A stretch of DNA of 25,705 bases. Source: an uncultured cyanobacterium. Lineage in GTDB: Bacteria; Cyanobacteriota; Cyanobacteriia; Cyanobacteriales; Microcystaceae. Under the pieces are notes generated by a model. It saw only the letters and a list, made by a program, of their open reading frames with translations. It ran no database searches and was not told the DNA's origin. The position numbers were made by a program, and so were the translations under genes. Shown here in pieces: positions 10,909 through 19,838 of the stretch. The stretch is from assembly GCA_963807635.1 (NCBI GenBank), contig CAWEDJ010000099.1:1-25705 (forward strand), in the 5' to 3' direction. Within the stretch, counting starts at the first letter, position 1. The number at the start of each line of letters is the position of its first letter.

Positions 10909-11064
10909 ATGAAAAATACTAAAACTTGTCATCATTGCGAAGGAAAAGGCTTTATCGAACTTCGGGATTGTTCGGGAGAAATTCAACGGGAAGAAATCTG
11001 CTCATTTTGTGAGGGGATGGGAACAGTTACTCAATCTGTTACGGTTAAAGAAGGACGACAATAA
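10909..11064 (+). CDS. Small DnaJ-type cysteine-rich zinc-finger protein (51 aa), absent from the ORF track
   Basis: Manual translation: MKNTKTCHHCEGKGFIELRDCSGEIQREEICSFCEGMGTVTQSVTVKEGRQ*, with two CxxCxGxG motifs. Confidence 0.8.
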   Translation: MKNTKTCHHCEGKGFIELRDCSGEIQREEICSFCEGMGTVTQSVTVKEGRQ

Positions 11065-11102
11065 TATCAGACCTATCGAAAAAATTTTAATCGCGATCGC
11101 CC

Positions 11103-11918
11103 ATGATTTTGACTTTAATCAATTCACTGTTGAAAATTAGATCTTCCTTCTTGCCTTTTTTGCTGAGTATCGGCATCACATTGGGGATTAATACTTCTCC
11201 TGGGGTAATCAACGCGGCTGAACTACCAGAAATTATTCAACGCGGAAAATTAATTGTCGGCGTAAAAACAGATGTTCGTCCCCTCGGTTTTAGGGATGCC
11301 CAGGGCAATCTTCAGGGATTAGAAATTGATATTGCTAAACGGTTAGCCGAATTAATTTTGGGTAATCCTGATGCGATCGCCTTAGAGTCCGTCAAAAATC
11401 AAGACCGATTGCAGGTAATCCTAGACGATAAAGTGGATCTCGTCATTGCAAAAGTAACCGTTAATCCTTCCCGTAGCCGTCTAGTGGAATTTAGCCCCCA
11501 TTATTATCTCGATAGCACGGGCATCATTACCAAACAAACCGACATAAAAAATTTATCTGACCTAAAAACTCGTCGGATTGGCGTTCTCAATGGCTCAAGC
11601 GCGATCGCCTTCCTTCGTTCTGAGTTACCAACGGCCAAATTAGTAGCGGTCAACTCCTACCAGGAAGCCTTAAATTTATTAGAAACAGAAGAAATTGATG
11701 GATTCGCGGCAGATAATAGCCTATTAACGGGATGGGGGCAGGAAAATCCCGACTATCACACCCTACCTGTCCATTTATCCCAGTACGCGATCGCGGTGGT
11801 CATGCCCAAAGGACAACAATATTGGGGACTCAGAGAAACCGTCAATGGAGCGATCAATGAATGGCGAAAATCAGGCTGGTTAAAAGAAAGAGCCAAATAT
11901 TGGGGTTTATCCGAATAA
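11103..11918 (+). CDS. Polar amino-acid ABC transporter substrate-binding protein (SBP family 3)
   Basis: N-terminal signal region; IIQRGKLIVGVK, GLEIDIAK.LA, VDLVIA, R.RLVEFS.HYY, DGFAADN. No permease or ATPase genes adjacent. Confidence 0.9.
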   Translation: MILTLINSLLKIRSSFLPFLLSIGITLGINTSPGVINAAELPEIIQRGKLIVGVKTDVRPLGFRDAQGNLQGLEIDIAKRLAELILGNPDAIALESVKNQDRLQVILDDKVDLVIAKVTVNPSRSRLVEFSPHYYLDSTGIITKQTDIKNLSDLKTRRIGVLNGSSAIAFLRSELPTAKLVAVNSYQEALNLLETEEIDGFAADNSLLTGWGQENPDYHTLPVHLSQYAIAVVMPKGQQYWGLRETVNGAINEWRKSGWLKERAKYWGLSE

Positions 11919-12007
11919 TAGTAAAAATTAAAGACAGGGGGCAAATCGATGACGAATTACGACGATCAAAGCTTTTCACCCCCAGGGTTGAAGATTTTCA
12001 ACTTCTT

Positions 12008-12244
12008 TTAAAACTTATTCAAATTGATACCAGCTTCATTGGCCATTGCTTGTAAACCCTTACTTGATAAGGTTTTAATCGCTTTAGTTGATAAACGTAA
12101 TTTCACCCAACGATTACCTTCAGCCCACCAAATTCTCTTCCATTGCAAATTAACTTGTTGTAATTTCTTGGTACGACGGTGAGAATGGGAAACCGCACAG
12201 CCATTATTCGCTTTTTTTCCTGTCAGTTGACATCTACGGGACAT
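12008..12244 (-). CDS. rpmB: 50S ribosomal protein L28 (78 aa)
   Basis: [34 protein letters not shown]...[20 protein letters not shown] upstream of ATG 12244. Confidence 0.98.
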   Translation of the reverse strand: MSRRCQLTGKKANNGCAVSHSHRRTKKLQQVNLQWKRIWWAEGNRWVKLRLSTKAIKTLSSKGLQAMANEAGINLNKF

Positions 12245-12339
12245 GAAACCCCTCCTTTTAGCAGTGTAAGTCCAGCCTACTATTCTATCAGGAATCAAAT
12301 CCTAGAAGCAAGGGTTGATCCCGTTTTTCAATTAAAAAA

Positions 12340-12552
12340 TTATTGAACATCCCACCAACCGAACAGTGGCCCGATAAATCGAACCGTTATCCAAATTGTC
12401 GCCATTGCCCCAATTCCGATCCAGGCTCCTTTGGTTGTCCAGCTATAAAAATCCTCTGCCTGGGTTTTGGTGATGGGTAGCCAGGAGACAATGCGTTTTT
12501 CTTGGCCGTATTGCTCTCCCAAGGTTGTTTTGCGTCGTTTTGCTTCACCCAT
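12340..12552 (-). CDS. DUF2839 family small cyanobacterial membrane protein
   Basis: MGEAKRRK...PITKTQ...TTKGAWIGIG...WITVRFIGP.FGWW signature. Confidence 0.88.
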   Translation of the reverse strand: MGEAKRRKTTLGEQYGQEKRIVSWLPITKTQAEDFYSWTTKGAWIGIGAMATIWITVRFIGPLFGWWDVQ

Positions 12553-12658
12553 GATTTTTTTAACCTAGATTAAACTTCCTTCCTTCATCCTATCGGATAA
12601 CCTCCCAAATTATGGCAAAATTTAGAAAAGAAAAATCACAAAATTAGCAGGGCAAGCA

Positions 12659-13145
12659 ATGTTTAGCAAAATCGTTATCGCAATGGATATGTCCGAAATG
12701 GCTAAGGAAGTTTTTGCAAAAGCCCTATCCCTCGCCCAAAAATATGATGCCCATTTGACGTTACTGCACGTTCTATCAACGGAAGAAGAAAATAGTCCCT
12801 TGCCTGTTCCTGTGAATTTGGATGAAATTTATCCTGCGACGGGCAATGAATTAACCTTAGAGTTATGGCGCGAACAATGGGAAGTTTTTGAACAAAAAGG
12901 TCTGGATACTCTCCAATCCCGTGTCCAAGATGCGATCGCGTTGGGAATTAAAGGCCGACTCTCAACAAATTTTAGGGAGTCCAGGCAAAACAATCTGTAA
13001 AGTTGCGAAAGAAACCGAAGCTGATCTGATCGTCGTTGGGCATCGTGGTCGTTGGGGACTGACGGAAATTCTGCTGGGAAGTGTCAGTAATTACGTTTTT
13101 CACCATGCTAATTGTTGTGTTTTAGTCGTTCCGACCCATGAATAA
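12659..13145 (+). CDS. Universal stress protein (Usp); frameshift near 12952
   Basis: MFSKIVIAMD.S...A.LTLLHV in the first frame, then GSPGKTIC..A....ADLIVVGHRG..GL.EILLGSVSNYV.HHA.C.VLVV in the second frame. Confidence 0.92.
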
Positions 13146-13578
13146 AACAACGCGCTTATTTCAATTAATTTCTTTTTTTGGACTAGCTAATCTTTTTGGA
13201 ATATCTTGTTTAGTTTCTTCTGCCGAAGCGGGCCAATATCAACATTGTTATCCTGTCCAAAAAACTCGAACCGTTGAAGATGCGGGTTATCATCCCAACG
13301 CCTATGACAATGGCTATCGTGAAGGGGCAGAAAGTTCTAGAAAACAGGAAGCCTATCAACCCAGGACGGCGGCGGGAGAATTTTCGAGGGGATTTGATGA
13401 TGGCTATTATGGTCGTCCCTATACGGGGCAAAAAAATACGGTTCCTAACCGCAAAGAAACCTATGAAACGTCTCAGTGTCGAACCTATTATTACAATGAT
13501 AAAGATCCTATTAATAAAATTCTTGATAACGTTTTAGATGATTTTCAACGAGATTTACGACGGGATTGGAATCAATAG
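13138..13578 (+). CDS. Secreted hypothetical protein with Gly/Tyr-rich internal repeats (146 aa)
   Basis: Signal peptide ending AEA; YDNGYREG / FSRGFDDGYYG repeats; start overlaps the Usp stop. Confidence 0.7.
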   Translation: MNKTTRLFQLISFFGLANLFGISCLVSSAEAGQYQHCYPVQKTRTVEDAGYHPNAYDNGYREGAESSRKQEAYQPRTAAGEFSRGFDDGYYGRPYTGQKNTVPNRKETYETSQCRTYYYNDKDPINKILDNVLDDFQRDLRRDWNQ

Positions 13579-13598
13579 AATTTAATACTAATCTTGCC

Positions 13599-14108
13599 AT
13601 GAAAAATCAGGGCTATTCAATTTTTTTCTCTTTTAGTAAAATAATATTTTATCTATTCATTATTGTCCTGATTAATGTTGTTGGTGAAATCGCGATCGCG
13701 GAAGCTGTTACGATAAATTTTCAATGGACAGGAGAAAAGGGTTATTCGGCAAAAGTCGTTTTTAGTTATGACGAGCCGTTAAATTCTGATCAAATTATCG
13801 AAGAAGGTAGGGGAAAGGCAAAAATTATCGAGAATCTCACGGTTTCTTTTTATAATCCTGCGGGTCAATCCTTGGGAAGTTACGATAATATCAAACAAGG
13901 TGTTTCTCAATTTCCCTATTTTAAGTTTAATTTTGATCCCAAACATCAAAAAGTTATCGGTTTAATCGATCTAGGGGGAGATTCATCGGGAGAAATTTAT
14001 TTGAAGGGAATTGTCCAGGAGAATTTAAAACTTTTTAAGATTGATCAGTCAGGAAAAGAAACAATTTATGATCAAAAAGCCGATTTTAAGGAACAAGAAG
14101 CATCATAA
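13599..14108 (+). CDS. Secreted or membrane-anchored hypothetical protein (about 169 aa)
   Basis: Hydrophobic N-terminus ending AIA-EA followed by a beta-rich polar domain; ATG 13599 preferred over 13566. Confidence 0.7.
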   Translation: MKNQGYSIFFSFSKIIFYLFIIVLINVVGEIAIAEAVTINFQWTGEKGYSAKVVFSYDEPLNSDQIIEEGRGKAKIIENLTVSFYNPAGQSLGSYDNIKQGVSQFPYFKFNFDPKHQKVIGLIDLGGDSSGEIYLKGIVQENLKLFKIDQSGKETIYDQKADFKEQEAS

Positions 14109-14147
14109 AATCATGTAAAATCTGTTTATGAAAAATAATTAATTACG

Positions 14148-14235
14148 GTAGGAGTTTGGTTTCCAAATCCATATTCTATAAGGATTAAACCTTAAATAAC
14201 CTATGGGGTAAGAACATAATATATTATTTCCTTAG
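14148..14235. repeat. Two degenerate REP-like palindromes in an AT-rich intergenic region
   Basis: GTAGGAGTTTGG-TTT-CCAAATCC (14148-14170) and GTAAGAACATAAT-AT-ATTATTTCCTTA (14208-14234). Both start with GTA(G/A) followed by an imperfect hairpin. Confidence 0.45.
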
Positions 14236-14459
14236 AAAGTTTTTGTCTATCATCATAACGCAATACAACGAAATCTGAAACTATTGTTAATTATTTAGAA
14301 TAATACTTTACCAACACCAAGAAATATGATAAATTAAATTATTATTTTCTCACTAAAATTGTCAAAAATATTTTGGGATTCTGACTTAAACTGAATTTAC
14401 AAAATTTGATTAAGAAATTTTTAGAGAAATCTTAAAGACTCACACGCTATTCAGGATGA

Positions 14460-14675
14460 ATGACCATGAAAATTTGGGTAAATGAACAAATTGATCCAGG
14501 CGGAATAGTTTATTCCTGTATCGCCTGTCTGGATGAACAATCGGCCCAGGATTGCCACGAAACTTGGCTAAAAAATTTGACAGAAGAACAAAAAATAGAG
14601 GGATGGTCAGCCCAACTGAGAACGGTTGAATCCTGGGATCAAGTTCCTGTTAATGCCCTTAAATTGAGTTTTTAA
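14460..14675 (+). CDS. Conserved small cyanobacterial protein (71 aa), function unknown
   Basis: KIWVNEQIDP.G..YSCIAC.DE..A..CH..W...GW...LRTV.SWD.VPVNALKL resembles a family often labelled 'glycogen debranching protein'; it is too short to be that enzyme. Confidence 0.8.
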   Translation: MTMKIWVNEQIDPGGIVYSCIACLDEQSAQDCHETWLKNLTEEQKIEGWSAQLRTVESWDQVPVNALKLSF

Positions 14676-15049
14676 TTGGGTTGATAGAGAATTAAACGAT
14701 TATGGGCGGGATCATAGGCATAAATTTCTCGACCGTGCGAAGATGTCTGGATTTCTGTTGTTGGGGAATATCCTAAATTTTTTAAACGCGCGATCGCGGA
14801 ATCGAGATCTTTGACCGCGAGACAGAGACTAAAAGCACTCCCCCCAACCTGGGAAAATTCTGCTTTGTGATCAGATTTAGGGTAAAAAATAGCTAGACGG
14901 AAACCCTTAATCCGAAACTCTGCATATTTCGTCGGATTATAGGGATTAGGGTCTTGATTTAAAAATTGGCGATAAAAATCAACCACTTCGGTAAATTTTT
15001 CAGTCCCGATGGTCAGAAAAGCTTCTTGAATATTGTCCAGTGATTCCAT
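14672..15049 (-). CDS. VOC / glyoxalase-bleomycin resistance family protein
   Basis: FYRQFL, SLCLAVKDLD.AI.RL, SHGREIYAYDP.HNRLILYQ. Confidence 0.88.
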   Translation of the reverse strand: MESLDNIQEAFLTIGTEKFTEVVDFYRQFLNQDPNPYNPTKYAEFRIKGFRLAIFYPKSDHKAEFSQVGGSAFSLCLAVKDLDSAIARLKNLGYSPTTEIQTSSHGREIYAYDPAHNRLILYQPN

Positions 15050-15055
15050 TCAGTC

Positions 15056-15814
15056 CTAGCTCAACGTTAGAATTTCAACACCATCTTCTGTGATGGCGAT
15101 CGTATGTTCAAACTGGGCGGAAAGTTTGCGGTCTTTGGTGATCGCTGTCCAACCGTCTTTTAATAAAATGTGTTCGTAGGTTCCCTCGTTAATCATGGGT
15201 TCAATGGTAAAAACCATGCCAGGGCGGATTTTTTTACCCTTTCCGCGCACGCCAAAATGGGGAACCTGGGGGGGAGTATGGAAAATATTGCTAATACCAT
15301 GACCGACAAAGTCTCTAACCACAGAAAAACCACAGGATTCGGCATATTCCTGAATAGCCGCCCCAATATCCCCAATTTTTCCGTTAACTGTGACGGCAGC
15401 AATGCCCCTACGCAAACATTCTTCGGTGACTTCTACTAATTTTTGAGCGACGGGAGAGGGCGTTCCCACAAAAAACGTTCTGGAAGTATCGCCGTGATAA
15501 CCATCGACAATGGGGGTCACATCTATATTAATAATGTCACCATCTTTGAGAATTTGTTTAGGATTTGGGATTCCATGACAAATTACTTCATTAACGCTGG
15601 TACAAATGGATTTTGGGAAACCGTTATAACCGAGGGGCGCGCTTTTGGCTCCATGCGATCGCGTCCAACGTTCTGCTTCGTCATTGAGAGCTTGGGTGGT
15701 AATCCCTGGTTGTACCATTGGCGCGAGGTAGTCTAATAATTGAGAGGCTAACTGTCCTGCGCGTCGCATTTTTTCTACTTCACGTTTGGATAAAAGGGTA
15801 ATGGTTTCTCCCAT
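15056..15814 (-). CDS. map: Type I methionine aminopeptidase
   Basis: CTSVNEVICHGIP, INIDVT...DGYHGDTSRT, FVGHGI...H, FTIEPMIN, SAQFEHTI metal-ligand motifs. Confidence 0.97.
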   Translation of the reverse strand: MGETITLLSKREVEKMRRAGQLASQLLDYLAPMVQPGITTQALNDEAERWTRSHGAKSAPLGYNGFPKSICTSVNEVICHGIPNPKQILKDGDIINIDVTPIVDGYHGDTSRTFFVGTPSPVAQKLVEVTEECLRRGIAAVTVNGKIGDIGAAIQEYAESCGFSVVRDFVGHGISNIFHTPPQVPHFGVRGKGKKIRPGMVFTIEPMINEGTYEHILLKDGWTAITKDRKLSAQFEHTIAITEDGVEILTLS

Positions 15815-16561
15815 GAGTTTTTTCTATCGTCTAAAAAAGATTGAGCGGTGGTTCATTTCTTATTTTGACATTTTCTTCGCCCTAAAAAGTAGAGATTTCT
15901 TCCGAAATGGATTTAATGCCCGCATCTTTCATCCCAGTAAGCCCCTAATCCGAAAATTCAACATCGCTTAAATTGGCTCCCCGAACTGGAGGCGATCGCA
16001 AGCTTTGGGGGGAGGATGGACACAACTTGTCTTGACTAAACAGCGTTAAGCGAATATTTAAAATCAAAACGCATTCTTGAAATTAATATTTTAATATAAG
16101 GATTGACGGTCTTTTCGCAGTTAATTAAATTGACCCTAGAGCGGACTAGAATAATTCACAAAAACTTCACAAGAATAATATATGAATGTTCTAGCTCAAA
16201 TTATATAGCTCACCGTTTTCATCGATATCAATTTATCTTTTTTAGGACTCGTCAGCACGTCAAAATAATAAGTTTAATTTCGGGTTATTTTCTCAAATTA
16301 CTGGTTTTACTGACGCTTTGAGATTTTCCTTGGCAATTAACTTCATTGATATGGAGACGAATATAAGTTGTAGCAAATACTGGAGAGACAGATATTATTT
16401 TTGCGTTAAATATTTGCAATCATTGTATTTATTTTATTCTAACTTTTTATTGCGATTTTCATTAAGAATACTGTTCAAGCTATACTTATAATTATTTAGA
16501 AATAATCCTTTGATTTTAATTATATTGAAAAATATTGAAACCCATGAATGAAAAAAAAGGA

Positions 16562-17290
16562 ATGAATAAAATCCGTGTTGTTGTGATTGAAGATAATGAC
16601 TTAACTCGTCGTGGCCTTGTCTCGTCTTTGCGTGATGTAGAGGATATTGAGATCGTGGGCGAGGCGGCAACGGGAAAACAGGGATTAAAGTTATTAGACA
16701 GCGTTCGACCTGATTTAGCGATCGTCAATATTGGACTGCCTGATATCGATGGCATTGAGTTGGTGGGACGTTATCGACAATCCCATCCCTTCGATCAGCC
16801 TGGTACGGCAAAAATGTTGATCCTGACGACGAATCAAACGGAAGATTCGGTATTGTCAGCATTTATGGCAGGGGCAGATTCCTATTGCCTAAAAAGTATG
16901 AATGTCGAAAGGTTAACCGAGGCTCTGCGTTCTACCTATGACGGGTATCCCTGGATTGATCCCGCGATCGCGAATATTGTTTTAGTTCAAGTGAGGCAAG
17001 CCACTGAAGCCAGGAAAATAACCACTAAGAATGGGAATAGATTTAAAGTTGCCATTCAGGCCAGTGAACCTGAATATCAAAAAATTCTAGAAAATACGCC
17101 CCTCACCGCTAGGGAATTAGAAATTCTCGATTTAATAGTAGGGGGTTGCAATAATGCCGATATTGCTGAAAAACTCTACATCACGGTTGGAACGGTCAAA
17201 ACCCATGTGCGTAATATTCTGAATAAACTTTGTGTCGATGACCGCACCCAGGCCGCAGTTCGGGCGTTGCGATCGGGTTTAGTGGGTTAA
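16562..17290 (+). CDS. NarL/FixJ-family response regulator (receiver plus LuxR HTH) with Asn at the phosphoacceptor position
   Basis: [75 protein letters not shown]. Alternative start at ATG 16544. Confidence 0.93.
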   Translation: MNKIRVVVIEDNDLTRRGLVSSLRDVEDIEIVGEAATGKQGLKLLDSVRPDLAIVNIGLPDIDGIELVGRYRQSHPFDQPGTAKMLILTTNQTEDSVLSAFMAGADSYCLKSMNVERLTEALRSTYDGYPWIDPAIANIVLVQVRQATEARKITTKNGNRFKVAIQASEPEYQKILENTPLTARELEILDLIVGGCNNADIAEKLYITVGTVKTHVRNILNKLCVDDRTQAAVRALRSGLVG

Positions 17291-17375
17291 ACTTTATCAA
17301 TTTCTCAAAATCAAAACCGTAAGGGTGGAGAAAAGACGGATAATAATACTGCGTCAATTGAGAAGAGTAATTTTT

Positions 17376-18377
17376 ATGAATACCAAACACCAGACCCAGG
17401 CAATGCGTGTCGGAATACTTGGATTTGGCGGGTTAGGTCAAGCCGCCTCGCGTATTTTATCCCCCAAACAGGAGATGATTTGGGTTGCTGCTGCCGATCA
17501 AAAGGGTTTTGCCTATCAAACTGAAGGACTTAATGCTGATTCCGCGATCGCGACTTATCACCATAAAGGTTCCGTAGGGTATTTAGAACCCTGGGGACAA
17601 TTAAGCCAACAAAGTATTGCAGAATTAATCGAAAAATCCGATGTAGCGGGTTATTTTTTAGCATTACCGAACCTCCCTAATACCTTTATGGCAGATATCG
17701 CTCGCCTATTTATCCAATCGGGATGGCAGGGCGTTTTAGTGGATGCTCTTAAGCGAACCAGCGCGGTGGAACAATTATTAGAACTCAAGGATGAACTCGC
17801 AACCGCAGGCATTACCTACATGACAGGCTGTGGTGCAACGCCGGGACTGTTGACGGCGGCGGCGGCTCTGGCGGCTCAAAGTTTTGCAGAGATTCACCAA
17901 GTAAAAATTACTTTTGGGGTCGGAATTGCTAACTGGGAAGCCTATCGTGCCACCATTCGCGAAGATATAGCTCATATCCCAGGCTTTGGAGTAGAAAAAG
18001 CCAGTTCCATGAGTGATCAAGATGTTGCAGATCTATTGGATAAAACTAATGGGATTTTAGCCCTAGAAAATATGGAACACGCCGACGATATTATGCTGGA
18101 ATTGGCTGGAATTTGTTCACGGGAGCAAGTCACCGTAGGCGGAATTGTTGATACTCGCAATCCGAAAAAACCCTTGAGTACCAATGTGCAAATCACAGGA
18201 CGTACCTTTGAAGGAAAAATTTCTACTCATACTTTTACCCTGGGCGATGAAACCAGTATGGCGGCAAATGTTTGTGGCCAGCTTTTGGTTATTTAAAAGC
18301 AGGAACTCGGCCTCCATCAACGGGGAATTCATGGCCTATTTACGGCGGCAGAAATTATGCCCCAATTTGTCCGTTAG
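17376..18377 (+). CDS. bioU: BioU, biotin-pathway DAN synthase (saccharopine dehydrogenase-like); two compensating indels near 18278 and 18304
   Basis: Rossmann [24 protein letters not shown] (Lys codon 17751-17753), [16 protein letters not shown]. The C-terminus restores as [34 protein letters not shown] (TAG 18375-18377). Confidence 0.85.
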
Positions 18378-18474
18378 AATTTTTCTGTTAGAAACTAAGT
18401 TAAAAAGTTAAATGATGCGATCGCCTACTCTGCTGTGATTAGCTTGATTGAGTTGATTAAGCAAAGCCGACTAA

Positions 18475-19743
18475 TTATTGCTGAAAATATTCAATTCCTT
18501 GTTGTAAATAATGTAAATAAAGTTGACTATCTTCTTCTGTTTGCAGCTTAGGAATAATAATCGCTTCTTTGGCGGTTAAAATTAAAATTTCCGAGTGGGG
18601 ATTCGCTAAAAATAAGACGGCTTTAATCTCAGCAGTATTGAGTTTTCCCACAACTTGATTGTCGATCGCAACTTTGAAAAAATTTTGATCTAAATAGGTA
18701 TGTTTAACACGACTCAGTTGCCAGCCCTTGTAAATCATGAGGGCGATCGCAATTAAAAAAGGAAAGAAAGTCCATTGAGAAAATAAATGATTAGGAACTT
18801 CTAAAATAACAACATTATCTTGAAAACCTTTAATGATCCCATCAATGATTTGCCCACAAATGAGCATTACTTTTGACATCACCAGCAGAAATAAAATAAA
18901 ACCAGAATCCTGAAAAATTTGTTTAAATAATGCCCAGGAATGTCTTAGTCGCCATACGGAATAAATATGCCATTTTTGCTGATTTGTTTGGACTTCAACC
19001 CCTGGTTTAGTCCTATCTAAAAACTTAATAATGTCAGGATCTAAATCATACTCCGCATAATTATTGTGTCCCCGACTCCCTCGAAAAATAATCGGCACAT
19101 CGATCCATTGTGTAAAAATCCTAACTTGATTAAAGGCTTGGGTCACCGTTTTTTCTTCATCAATTACCCATTCCGATCCATCAAAACCCTGTAGGCTAAT
19201 TTGCCAAACATTGCCTATTTTTTCTTGAAATGATCCGCCATAGATAGAACGATGATCAATCACTAATGCTCGAATTTGTCCCCAATTTAATTCGCTTTGT
19301 AGGGGTTTTTGATGGGGTAAAGCAAAACTCCAGATTAAACGTTCTTCTCCTTTGTCGGTTATTTTGATAGGAATCGTATATTTTCCTTTGCGATATTCTG
19401 ATTTAGCAAAATTATAATCTAAACACCAGATAATGAAAAAAAGTGTAAAAATAATCGGGAAATAAGCCTTGCTGAGATAGCTCAACCAAGACAATATTAA
19501 AAATATAACAAACAGGAATAATCCTGCTAGTTCATTGTCTTTTTTTTTGCCTTCAATCAGTTCAGCCCACATCACTTTTAATAAAAAAGAATAGAGGGAC
19601 TGAAATAATTTTTTAAGCCAAACAAGGGGAAAAATTAGGATCGCATAAACACTTTTTTGAGGATAGATGCTTTTTCCTTGAAATAGGAGCGGATCTGACA
19701 TAGAGAATGAAGACGGAGTGATCTTTGCTTCTAGTGTAGTCAA
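18475..19743 (-). CDS. Hypothetical membrane protein (about 420 aa)
   Basis: Long ORF with two pairs of TM segments, each followed by a soluble domain; start codon uncertain. Confidence 0.75.
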   Translation of the reverse strand: MTTLEAKITPSSFSMSDPLLFQGKSIYPQKSVYAILIFPLVWLKKLFQSLYSFLLKVMWAELIEGKKKDNELAGLFLFVIFLILSWLSYLSKAYFPIIFTLFFIIWCLDYNFAKSEYRKGKYTIPIKITDKGEERLIWSFALPHQKPLQSELNWGQIRALVIDHRSIYGGSFQEKIGNVWQISLQGFDGSEWVIDEEKTVTQAFNQVRIFTQWIDVPIIFRGSRGHNNYAEYDLDPDIIKFLDRTKPGVEVQTNQQKWHIYSVWRLRHSWALFKQIFQDSGFILFLLVMSKVMLICGQIIDGIIKGFQDNVVILEVPNHLFSQWTFFPFLIAIALMIYKGWQLSRVKHTYLDQNFFKVAIDNQVVGKLNTAEIKAVLFLANPHSEILILTAKEAIIIPKLQTEEDSQLYLHYLQQGIEYFQQ

Positions 19744-19838
19744 ACAACGCCCAAAATCTTGATTTTCTTGAGTTTATTTAAGCGATCGCCTCTGTCAATC
19801 CAGAAAACGCGATCGCCTGCTTCTAAGAATGAAAACGA

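Noticed and set aside
16370..16383. NtcA box upstream of the response regulator
   Set aside because: GTAGCAAATAC has only 5 nt between GTA and TAC, not the required 8.
15170..16755. Short ORFs overlapping map, the intergenic region and the regulator (15170-15439, 15193-15402, 15443-15736, 15786-15971, 16103-16321, 16434-16670, 16516-16755)
   Set aside because: They overlap real genes or have an AT-rich non-coding composition, mostly with weak starts.
18184..18411. 75-aa ORF at the end of bioU as a separate gene
   Set aside because: Alternate frame over the bioU 3' end; the real C-terminus is recovered by correcting two indels.
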